DNA of 64,000 bases from Deltaproteobacteria bacterium GWC2_55_46. Its GTDB lineage: Bacteria; Desulfobacterota; GWC2-55-46. The DNA is taken from contig LVEI03000002.1 of assembly GCA_001595385.3 (NCBI GenBank), positions 51,924 through 115,923 on the forward strand, in the 5' to 3' direction. The notes under the pieces were generated by a model. That model made no database searches, had not been told where the DNA came from, and saw nothing but the letters and a program-made list of their open reading frames with translations. Position numbers and translations under genes: made by a program. Positions 26,464-33,629 of the stretch are shown piece after piece (positions within the stretch are counted from its first letter, which is position 1; each line of letters begins with the position of its first letter).

Positions 26464-27385
26464 GGCATCCAAGGAAACCCTGAAAGCACAAATAGAAAAG
26501 ACGGCCACCATGAAAGGGCAGGACTCATGGCTCTTCGTGCCGGAAAACCGTGAGAACAAGGTCTGCCTCGTAGCCCACATAGACACCGTGTGGGACAACA
26601 GCCTCGGCTTCGGAAAGTTTGGGAGTCTATTCCCCAAGATGCCTGAGAAAAAAGCCCCTGAAAGGGAGAAGATTCTCATCCACGACAAGGAGAAGGGTCT
26701 CATCTGGTCCCCCGATGGACTCGGGGCCGATGACAGGGCCGGAGTCTACGCCGCTCTTAAGCTCTTCAAGGAAACCCCTGAACCGTATAAGCCCTTTATT
26801 CTTCTGACCGACTACGAGGAAAGCGGCGGGAAAGGTGCGCGGGAAGCGGCTGATATCTTTGCCAAGGAATTGGCTGGCTGCAACTTTTTCATAGAGCTCG
26901 ACCGGGCGAACGGGAATGACGCCGTGTTTTACAACGGCGAGCCGAAAGAGTTTGCGGATTATATCTCCGAGTTCGGGTTCAAGGAGTCCGTTGGGAGCTT
27001 CAGCGACATCAGTATAGTCTGTCCGTCTGTCCAGCGGTGCGGGGTAAACCTGTCTATCGGCTACTATAACCAGCACACGGACAAAGAGTATCTGGACACA
27101 AGCAAGCTCTTCACGACCGTAGAAAAGGTGAGGCGCATTCTCAAAGACAACTACGACAAAAAGAAGGTCTGGGATCTGGAGGTCTTGCCCTGCGAGGACA
27201 GGGACTGGATAGACAGGTGGGGGAAACTGGACGATGGGGACGAGTCATATTTTGAGGAAGACGTCGTCTTCTGTCCCGAATGCGGCGATGGCATGGAGCT
27301 TGAGGACCTCGACTTGACGCAAGGGTATTGTGTCTCTTGCGGCAACTTTATCATGACAGCAAGCGGGGTTCTGGTCGAGCGATGA
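26438..27385 (+). CDS. M20/M28/M42-like metallopeptidase-fold protein with a C-terminal zinc ribbon
   Basis: Metal-ligand pattern LVAHIDTV ... GADDRAGV ... DYEESGG ... ELD ... YNQHTDKE. C-terminal CPECG...CVSCG. Confidence 0.55.
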   Translation: MKTLLSTLRASKETLKAQIEKTATMKGQDSWLFVPENRENKVCLVAHIDTVWDNSLGFGKFGSLFPKMPEKKAPEREKILIHDKEKGLIWSPDGLGADDRAGVYAALKLFKETPEPYKPFILLTDYEESGGKGAREAADIFAKELAGCNFFIELDRANGNDAVFYNGEPKEFADYISEFGFKESVGSFSDISIVCPSVQRCGVNLSIGYYNQHTDKEYLDTSKLFTTVEKVRRILKDNYDKKKVWDLEVLPCEDRDWIDRWGKLDDGDESYFEEDVVFCPECGDGMELEDLDLTQGYCVSCGNFIMTASGVLVER

Positions 27386-27407
27386 GAACCGCCAAACGGA
27401 GGAATTT

Positions 27408-27821
27408 ATGACACAGCAAACGGACCGACACCGCCTCACAAGCCCTCCAGCCTGCTGCCCGAAATGCGGGGCGGAGGCGAATTTTATCCCTCGTGTGAAA
27501 ATAACTGAAGAGGGAGGGATCGAGTTCACGGTCCAAAAATGCCGGGACTGCGGGTACGAGTTCGAGGTCGAGATCGTGACCGAGCCCGAACCCCTCGAGT
27601 GCTGCTCAATCTGCGGGAAGGACCTCTTCGCCGGAGACGAAGCGGCAGGCGTGACTCTCGGCGCCATACTTGAGGACTACCACGGCTTCGGGAGCGACGA
27701 TGAACCCTGGGATTACGTCTTCTGCCGCAAATGCTACTCGGAGCGGTTTATCGAAATCATGGGCCGCATAGAGGAAGTGCTGGTGTTTTTGAGACTTACG
27801 GAAGGAGGTAAGTGTGAATAA
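27408..27821 (+). CDS. Double zinc-ribbon hypothetical protein
   Basis: CCPKCG...CRDCG and CCSICG...CRKC. Confidence 0.6.
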   Translation: MTQQTDRHRLTSPPACCPKCGAEANFIPRVKITEEGGIEFTVQKCRDCGYEFEVEIVTEPEPLECCSICGKDLFAGDEAAGVTLGAILEDYHGFGSDDEPWDYVFCRKCYSERFIEIMGRIEEVLVFLRLTEGGKCE

Positions 27822-28395
27822 AAACGAAGCCTGGTCAAAGCTAATAGGCAACGAACACCTGAAAAGGGCGATGGAGGTAGCCCTTGCCGGCGGGCATACG
27901 ATAGCTGTCTTCGGGCATCCGGACAATGGGAAGAAATACCTGAAAGAGATTCTCGGGAAAAAGCTCCTGTTCCTGTCGCCATGCCCCTGCGGAAACCTTG
28001 GCGACTCCCTCAGAGTATGCACCTGTACGTTTGGGCGCGTAAAGAAATACCGGATAACAAAGAGGTTTCAGAAGGCCGCCCTGAGCGATATCAGGGCAAC
28101 CCTGATCACTCCTCGATTTCAGGACTTTGAGAGAGCGGGTAAGGCCGAGCCGTTCCTTGGGGTCGAGAAGAGGATAGCAGCCATGAACGGTCTTCAGGTC
28201 GAAGACGGGAAGGGCGCATACGAGTCGCTTTTGAGGACAGCGATTGAAAGGCTCCACTTCACAGCGGGCATGGTCGAAAGGGTTCGGGCCGTGGCCCGGA
28301 CGATAGCGCGGCTTGAACATGCGCCCGTAGTCAAGGTGCATCATCTGAGCGAGGCAATCCAATACGGAGGTATAGACCCCCTTGAAAGGAGGTAA
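27814..28395 (+). CDS. Miniaturised ComM/YifB (Mg-chelatase-like) family protein lacking the AAA+ core
   Basis: Keeps GNEHLKRAMEVALAGGH, GHPDNGKK, the CPCG..C.C knuckle and the C-terminal RAVARTIARLE...HHLSEAIQY, in only 193 aa. Confidence 0.5.
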   Translation: MNKNEAWSKLIGNEHLKRAMEVALAGGHTIAVFGHPDNGKKYLKEILGKKLLFLSPCPCGNLGDSLRVCTCTFGRVKKYRITKRFQKAALSDIRATLITPRFQDFERAGKAEPFLGVEKRIAAMNGLQVEDGKGAYESLLRTAIERLHFTAGMVERVRAVARTIARLEHAPVVKVHHLSEAIQYGGIDPLERR

Positions 28396-28398
28396 GTC

Positions 28399-28914
28399 AT
28401 GTCTGACAACTGCAAGGAAAGAATAGCGGAAAAGTACGCGGGCACAATGGACACTATCAGGAAGCTCTGGAGGGCCGAGCGTGTTGGTTACGAGGGCGGA
28501 GAATTCAGTCCCGTTACAAATGGCGAAGAGTGCCCTGTCTGCAAGAAGGGTGAGCCTATGGAGGTGGACGAGCTAACCGGCATCTGCAAGCCCTGCTGGG
28601 ACGAACTCTACAATATCGGCACCTTCAACGAGTACGGCCTTTCCTTCGACTATGTGCCGGAGGGAACATTCAAGGACCAGAGGGAAGCGTACTTCAGGTA
28701 TCAGCTCTCCTGGGGAGGGCCATCCGATGAATTCCGCTTCTTCGTAAACCCGAGCTTCAAGCCCTACAGGATCGAGTACTGGTTCCTGGACTGGTTCGAC
28801 GGGGCAAATATTGTGTTGAGTGGTAAGGCCGAGGAACTCCTTGAAGAGATATTCGGCTTCTTAAAGGAGACAGGGACGGTCGAGGCCGAATACGAAAAGA
28901 CGAAGGAGGCATAG
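28399..28914 (+). CDS. Hypothetical protein with a CxxC...CxxC ribbon
   Basis: 171 aa with SD AAAGGAGG. CPVCKKG...CKPCW. Confidence 0.6.
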   Translation: MSDNCKERIAEKYAGTMDTIRKLWRAERVGYEGGEFSPVTNGEECPVCKKGEPMEVDELTGICKPCWDELYNIGTFNEYGLSFDYVPEGTFKDQREAYFRYQLSWGGPSDEFRFFVNPSFKPYRIEYWFLDWFDGANIVLSGKAEELLEEIFGFLKETGTVEAEYEKTKEA

Positions 28915-28934
28915 CCATGTGGGAAGGAGGCAAG

Positions 28935-29381
28935 ATGAACAAGGTTGAGGAGATAAAGAAAAGAGATAAAGGAGAAGTAGAATTTAAAATGCAACTCATT
29001 AAAGCACAAGTACAAGGAGAGTTAAGACATTTACTTAGGGACTCTGTTCCCCTGTTGCTTTGGGATAACATTGATTTCCTCCTCTCCCATATCGACACCC
29101 TCGCCGCCAATCTCAAAGAGGTAGAAGGAGAAAGGGATGAACTCAAGGTTTCCCGAGAGATTTGGAAGCAGGGTTTTGAAGAGCAGATAGGCAATCTTCA
29201 AGCCAAGCTCGACCGTCTCACGGAGGCTGCGGGGCCATTTATAAGATTTCTTCATGCCTTTGATGGCAAGCAGAGGGGATTGGCTCAAAAAGATGAGGAT
29301 GCTGTTTACAAATTTAATGGCATTAGTATCAAGCTCGGCGACCTCCGCAAGCTCGCCGAGGCCGTGGGGGATAAAAAATGA
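28935..29381 (+). CDS. Coiled-coil hypothetical protein
   Basis: ATG 28935 after GGAAGGAGG is preferred over 28917. Confidence 0.55.
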   Translation: MNKVEEIKKRDKGEVEFKMQLIKAQVQGELRHLLRDSVPLLLWDNIDFLLSHIDTLAANLKEVEGERDELKVSREIWKQGFEEQIGNLQAKLDRLTEAAGPFIRFLHAFDGKQRGLAQKDEDAVYKFNGISIKLGDLRKLAEAVGDKK

Positions 29382-29686
29382 CATTTCCAAGCGCTTGCTT
29401 GACCTGCCCGAAATGTAAGGGAGAGTGCTTTAAGGAGTATGCCCTCGACATCGTGACCAGTAAGAATGTGAGTATTCACAAAAACAGTGGTGCAGCTTAC
29501 GTGGCGGCAGAGATTGACGGCTACTGCACCGAATATTCTCCGCTCGCGCCCAGCCCGAGAACGGTTCTTTTCTACGTTTGCGAGCATTGCGGAGAGATGT
29601 TGCATTACCTCAAGCGGGAGCAGAGACTTGTTGCGGTAGATGACAATGAGAGCTACCACGCCAAAATCAAGAAGGTAATAGGTTAA
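29378..29686 (+). CDS. Zinc-ribbon protein, paralog of 24768-25058
   Basis: See 24768. ATGA overlap with upstream. Confidence 0.65.
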   Translation: MTFPSACLTCPKCKGECFKEYALDIVTSKNVSIHKNSGAAYVAAEIDGYCTEYSPLAPSPRTVLFYVCEHCGEMLHYLKREQRLVAVDDNESYHAKIKKVIG

Positions 29687-29697
29687 AAGGAGGAAAA

Positions 29698-30003
29698 ATG
29701 CCTGAGCACACACCTGGCCCGTGGTTCATCGAAGAAGATCGTGAAGCTATCCGGGGAACCTACCCTATCTCGGACGACTTTGGAACCCTTATCGCTCATG
29801 TCGAGACATGGGACGAATCAGACAAGGAGGTACAGGAGCAAGCAAAGGCCAACGCCGACCTCGTAACCGCTGCTCCGGACCTCCTCGAAGCGTGCAAGCT
29901 GGCACACGAGATAGCCTTTTTCAATCAGCACGTCTCGGGAATGATAGCTCTTGCCGAGATATGCAGGAAAGCAATCGCCAAAGCAGAAGGAGGGAAGGTA
30001 TGA
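29698..30003 (+). CDS. Hypothetical protein
   Basis: 101 aa with SD AAAGGAGG. Confidence 0.6.
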   Translation: MPEHTPGPWFIEEDREAIRGTYPISDDFGTLIAHVETWDESDKEVQEQAKANADLVTAAPDLLEACKLAHEIAFFNQHVSGMIALAEICRKAIAKAEGGKV

Positions 30004-30212
30004 AAATAATCACCGTCAAAAACATCGCAATCCAGTTCGACGCAGACCAGTTCACTCATGGCGCACCCAAAATACAGGCCCGCCAAGCAATCGACCTAAT
30101 AAACGGGGTGCTCCAGAGGGAACCCTACGGCCTCGGCGCCCAGATACTCGAAGGAGACGGTGCCCTTAATGTCGAAGTCGAAGACATCGACGCAGGAGGC
30201 GATCTCGAATGA
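30000..30212 (+). CDS. Hypothetical protein
   Basis: 70 aa. ATGA overlap, SD GGAGGGAAGG. The longer ORF from 29808 is rejected. Confidence 0.5.
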   Translation: MKIITVKNIAIQFDADQFTHGAPKIQARQAIDLINGVLQREPYGLGAQILEGDGALNVEVEDIDAGGDLE

Positions 30213-30412
30213 ACTGCCCACACTGTAACGCCGACCTCACCAAGTCCGAATCAGTGACCCGTTGGTGGAGTTCTTACGGCCACTATCAGCCCAAGTCCTC
30301 ATGGGATGGCGGGTTCGTCGAGGAGAACGACGGCAACGACCAGAACTTCTACGACACTTGCATCGAGTGCGGGTTAACCATCAAAGAAGAGGAGGTGTTT
30401 AAAAATGCCTGA
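30209..30412 (+). CDS. Zinc-ribbon hypothetical protein
   Basis: CPHCN...CIECG. ATGA overlap. Confidence 0.55.
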   Translation: MNCPHCNADLTKSESVTRWWSSYGHYQPKSSWDGGFVEENDGNDQNFYDTCIECGLTIKEEEVFKNA

Positions 30413-30593
30413 ATGGGTATGTTTCGCTTGCGGAAACCACTGTCACGGCTGGGGTCCAAGATACGGCCAGCCCTGTCCGCACTGCGGTGGGAAACTGAAG
30501 AGCACGGAGGAAATCACAATAATCGGAAAGGAGGGAGACTGTAATGAAGCTACTGACAGAAGAACTGAAAAAGAAGATACCACCGCTATATAG
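30405..30593 (+). CDS. Zinc-ribbon hypothetical protein
   Basis: CFACGNHCH...CPHCGG, with SD GAGGAGG. Confidence 0.55.
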   Translation: MPEWVCFACGNHCHGWGPRYGQPCPHCGGKLKSTEEITIIGKEGDCNEATDRRTEKEDTTAI

Positions 30594-30858
30594 CACTGAA
30601 GAAGTCCCGATGGAGGACAAGGTGTTCGTCTGCAAGTTCTTTACGCCGTACAGTAACTGGACTTGGCTGGTAAGCGAGGGTAGCGAACAGGAGGACGGCG
30701 ATTATCTCTTCTTCGGCCTTGTAATCGGCTTCGAGAAGGAATGGGGCTACTTCACCCTTAAAGAGCTTGAGGGCGTAACTGGCCCAACCGGACTCAAAAT
30801 CGAGCGCGACCTGCACTTCGAGAACGTCCCGGTGAAGGAGATTGTGGAGGGAAAGTAA
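30544..30858 (+). CDS. DUF2958-family protein
   Basis: LLT..L...IPPLYSTEE......V.KFFTP.SNWTW...EG.......FFGLV.G.E.E.GYF.L.ELE.......IERDLHF pattern. Confidence 0.6.
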   Translation: MKLLTEELKKKIPPLYSTEEVPMEDKVFVCKFFTPYSNWTWLVSEGSEQEDGDYLFFGLVIGFEKEWGYFTLKELEGVTGPTGLKIERDLHFENVPVKEIVEGK

Positions 30859-30911
30859 GCAATGCAGTTGTCCGGGATTTCCGGACAACTCAAAATCCGT
30901 CAACCCCGACA

Positions 30912-30936
30912 CCCGCCCTGAGCGGGCTTTTCTTTG
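30912..30936 (+). terminator. Terminator candidate
   Basis: CCCGC/GCGGG stem, then CTTTTCTTTG. A 10-bp hairpin at 30867-30891 precedes it. Confidence 0.45.
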
Positions 30937-31004
30937 TCCGGAGCTTAGCACGGGGGTTGCGAAAGGCGGAGCGAGTATGAAAAAACTTAGAAAGAGGAGG
31001 TGAG

Positions 31005-31133
31005 TTGTCGAATGAGACGAAGGGGCGAGTAGCGTTTCACAAGATGGTTCGAGAGAACACGAAGACCACCTATTCGTCGAGAGAGATTGTTAACCAGATC
31101 AAACTCATAAAAAAACTCGAAGGAGGGACGTAG
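31005..31133 (+). CDS. 42-aa hypothetical protein (TTG start)
   Basis: AGAGGAGG 5 nt upstream of the TTG. Stop overlaps the next GTG. Confidence 0.35.
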   Translation: MSNETKGRVAFHKMVRENTKTTYSSREIVNQIKLIKKLEGGT

Positions 31134-31387
31134 TGCGAATTGACTTAGACGCCTTAACTGAAGGCGAAAGGTTCATTGTGTCTTGGCAATATCATTTACA
31201 AAACAGTTTCTTCACCGCCCTTGCAGAAGCCATCTCCCGGGCCGACATCTTCAACCTTGCCCGGCTTGAGAAAGGATTCCCCGAGGAGGTCCGGGCGTAC
31301 AGGGATTTCTCGATGGTCTCGGGCTGGTGGGAAGAAGTACGAAAGAAGGCCGGGATAATAAGGGAGGACAACGATGCCAAAGCCTAA
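31133..31387 (+). CDS. Hypothetical protein
   Basis: 84 aa, GTG start after GAAGGAGGG. Confidence 0.55.
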   Translation: MRIDLDALTEGERFIVSWQYHLQNSFFTALAEAISRADIFNLARLEKGFPEEVRAYRDFSMVSGWWEEVRKKAGIIREDNDAKA

Positions 31388-31670
31388 CGAGAACATCGAC
31401 CGCATGATCAAGCGAGGGGTCGTGAGGGTATTTTTCGAGGTCTACAAAGATCTTCACTTCGACCTTGACGAACCGACCCCGCTCAAGAAAGTAGTCACGG
31501 ATGTGCTCTCGGACGCTGGCTGGACCATGGGGCTGGTGGAAATGCCCGGTCTGAGGACCACGGAGCACATCATTGCCGTCATGGTAGAGGATCGCAAAGA
31601 CAAGGACAAGCACCAGTGCTTTGAGGGTAAAGATCTGGACACTCTGCTCTGCGGAACCTTGGAGGGCTGA
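31374..31670 (+). CDS. Hypothetical protein
   Basis: 98 aa with SD AAGGGAGG. Confidence 0.55.
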   Translation: MPKPNENIDRMIKRGVVRVFFEVYKDLHFDLDEPTPLKKVVTDVLSDAGWTMGLVEMPGLRTTEHIIAVMVEDRKDKDKHQCFEGKDLDTLLCGTLEG

Positions 31671-31672
31671 CG

Positions 31673-32005
31673 TTGGCGACTACTAAGTACCAAGAGTATC
31701 GAGATGTCAGATGGAGGGAGTTCATGGCCTCCCTCACCCCGGAGCAAAGAAGACTACAGGCCAGAGCCGTCGAGCTGGACAAGGCTTGGCAAAACACGTT
31801 CAACAGGAAGAAGCGGGCTTCAAACCGGGCCAGGCACAATGCCGTGGTGGACAGGCTGATTCTCTTGGCCTTCCCGCCCGACGGGATGACCGACCGGACG
31901 ACGACCACGTATCGCAAACCAACCAAGGAGGCTATAGAAGATGCCGATAATCAAGGGGCAGAAAGAGGCCGGGAAGTTCAAGAGGGGCGAGAGGCTAACG
32001 CCTAA
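31673..32005 (+). CDS. Basic hypothetical protein (TTG start)
   Basis: 110 aa with SD GGAGGG. The 3' end overlaps the next gene by 65 nt. Confidence 0.45.
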   Translation: MATTKYQEYRDVRWREFMASLTPEQRRLQARAVELDKAWQNTFNRKKRASNRARHNAVVDRLILLAFPPDGMTDRTTTTYRKPTKEAIEDADNQGAERGREVQEGREANA

Positions 32006-32219
32006 GGAAGCCATCTGCGCTCAGTGCTACTCTTGCACCTGCATGACCGGGAAAGACTGCCTCAGCGCGGGGTGCGCCCTCTATGCTTTCCACCCTTACC
32101 GAAAGGACAGGCCCAAGCGCCAAATGAGCGAGAAGCACAAGAAACAGATTGCGGGCTTGAACCGGGGCAGGCAAGCACACTCAGATTCCGCAAGAGTCCA
32201 CGGAAAATCCGTCAAATAA
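31941..32219 (+). CDS. Cys-rich basic hypothetical protein
   Basis: 92 aa with SD AAGGAGG. CAQCYSCTC...C..GC. Confidence 0.55.
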   Translation: MPIIKGQKEAGKFKRGERLTPKEAICAQCYSCTCMTGKDCLSAGCALYAFHPYRKDRPKRQMSEKHKKQIAGLNRGRQAHSDSARVHGKSVK

Positions 32220-32284
32220 ACGGGCCAGAATCAACGAAACCTCCGAGGGCCTATGAAGCCACGGGGAAAACAAAGGAGGGGCTT

Positions 32285-32605
32285 GTGAAGCCAAAACCAA
32301 TACTCATCATCATTGACGAGGACTACGAACCATCCACAAAGGGAGCCACTGCCTTCGACGATGTAGTTGCTTCGCTGGAATTCCACGAAATAGGGGCTGC
32401 CATAGGCGAAGTGGACTATCTGCCGGAGGAGGCCCTGAAGTTATGCCAAGAGGCCATAGCCACGCTCATATCTGCACCGGGGACTCATACGAAGGCGGGC
32501 GATGGCTATACCAAAGAGGAAGCCATCCGCGCCACTCTGGACATCCTCTGCAATTTACAGATGTGCCTTGAATGTATGCCTGTTAAACCAATCGAAGGGA
32601 GATAG
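32285..32605 (+). CDS. Acidic hypothetical protein
   Basis: GTG 32285 after AAAGGAGGG. The upstream part of ORF 32024 is Arg/Pro-rich and implausible. Confidence 0.5.
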   Translation: MKPKPILIIIDEDYEPSTKGATAFDDVVASLEFHEIGAAIGEVDYLPEEALKLCQEAIATLISAPGTHTKAGDGYTKEEAIRATLDILCNLQMCLECMPVKPIEGR

Positions 32606-32608
32606 CAC

Positions 32609-33004
32609 ATGTCTACACCGTTTATAGTCATCACGGAAAGAATGCTGGAGGCCGGCAAGTTCAAAAATATGTCAGCCCTGGCAAGGGCGCTTGAAATAAC
32701 GCCACAGGCGCTCTCGAATTACAAGAAGCGCGAGGAGATGCCAACCAGCCTGGTGGTCAGGTTCGCCCAGATATACGGACTATCCATCGACTACCTGATA
32801 ACCGGGGAGGGCCCGGTCTTAAGGGCCGACTCAGCAACCGACCCCATGAAGAGCATCGGTATAACACCCGATGAAGGGGTCGCGGTGTTCCAGACGCTCA
32901 AGGTACTCAGACGGGAAGGCCCGACCGCCCTCGCCCTAAAGAGCGTGCTCGACGCCTTCTATAGCCATCGGCTGAAGGAGGACGTATGTCAAAGGCAATC
33001 ATAG
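32609..33004 (+). CDS. CI-repressor-like HTH (XRE superfamily) regulator
   Basis: MSALARALEITPQALSNYKKREEMPTSLVVRFAQIYGLSIDYLITGEG is the Phage_CI_repr-type N-domain. Confidence 0.7.
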   Translation: MSTPFIVITERMLEAGKFKNMSALARALEITPQALSNYKKREEMPTSLVVRFAQIYGLSIDYLITGEGPVLRADSATDPMKSIGITPDEGVAVFQTLKVLRREGPTALALKSVLDAFYSHRLKEDVCQRQS

Positions 33005-33156
33005 GCGAGTTCAAAGGCAACCCCACTATCTCCCTTCCCATCGGCACAACGGACAGGGAGGGGAGCGAGAAAATGTTCACATTTGGGGTGAAGAAAGCGC
33101 AGGCGATCCTTGAGCACATCGAGGATATCAAGAAGTTCGTAGAGAATAATACGTGA
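32986..33156 (+). CDS. 56-aa hypothetical protein (possible antitoxin-like partner)
   Basis: ATG overlaps the repressor 3' end. Stop overlaps the next GTG (GTGA). Confidence 0.35.
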   Translation: MSKAIIGEFKGNPTISLPIGTTDREGSEKMFTFGVKKAQAILEHIEDIKKFVENNT

Positions 33157-33425
33157 ACCCCGATATCAAGCTCACCGCGCACGCCGTCGAGCGGTTCGTC
33201 GAGAGGAGCCGGAAACTCGGCATGAAGGTAAGGAGTCCGGAGGATGTGATCCTCAAATTACTGAGCAAGGCCACCCCAGAAGACCTCTCCCCCGCCCACA
33301 GAGTTAAGAGGCTTATCAAGAACGGATGCAGGGAGGCCACTTATCTTGTGAATAACGGATGGAGGTTCGTGGTGGTGGATAACGCAGTCACCACGATCGA
33401 AAGAATCGTACCTCACCAAAATTAA
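33153..33425 (+). CDS. Hypothetical protein (weak DUF4258/toxin-like LTxHAxERxxER motif)
   Basis: KLTAHAVERFVERS at the N-terminus. 90 aa. Coupled to the preceding small ORF. Confidence 0.4.
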   Translation: MNPDIKLTAHAVERFVERSRKLGMKVRSPEDVILKLLSKATPEDLSPAHRVKRLIKNGCREATYLVNNGWRFVVVDNAVTTIERIVPHQN

Positions 33426-33437
33426 AAGGAGTACCAC

Positions 33438-33629
33438 ATGTCTGAAAAACAGCAATTCACCAAGTTCGATTACTACGTCTTCGGCTGGACCATATTCCTG
33501 TTCTTCGCCGTCTTCTGGTTCTTCAACGCGGAGTCCTGGGACCAGTACCTTGAAGGTATGACCGGGTTTGCCATGATAGGCGGGGCGCTGACGTTATGGG
33601 ATCACATATCTGAACGGAGGACAAAATGA
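33438..33629 (+). CDS. Two-TM membrane protein
   Basis: 63 aa with SD AAAGGAG. Hydrophobic segments WTIFLFFAVFWFF and FAMIGGALTLW. Confidence 0.55.
   Translation: MSEKQQFTKFDYYVFGWTIFLFFAVFWFFNAESWDQYLEGMTGFAMIGGALTLWDHISERRTK

Noticed and set aside
29808-30212. Alternative long ORFs in the island that overlap better-supported genes: 29808-30212, 29951-30169, 32024-32284, 33669-34085, 21037-21177 and 23464-23685.
   Set aside because: They are Arg/Pro/Gly-rich out-of-frame or upstream extensions lacking SDs. The SD-led in-array genes explain the coding signal.
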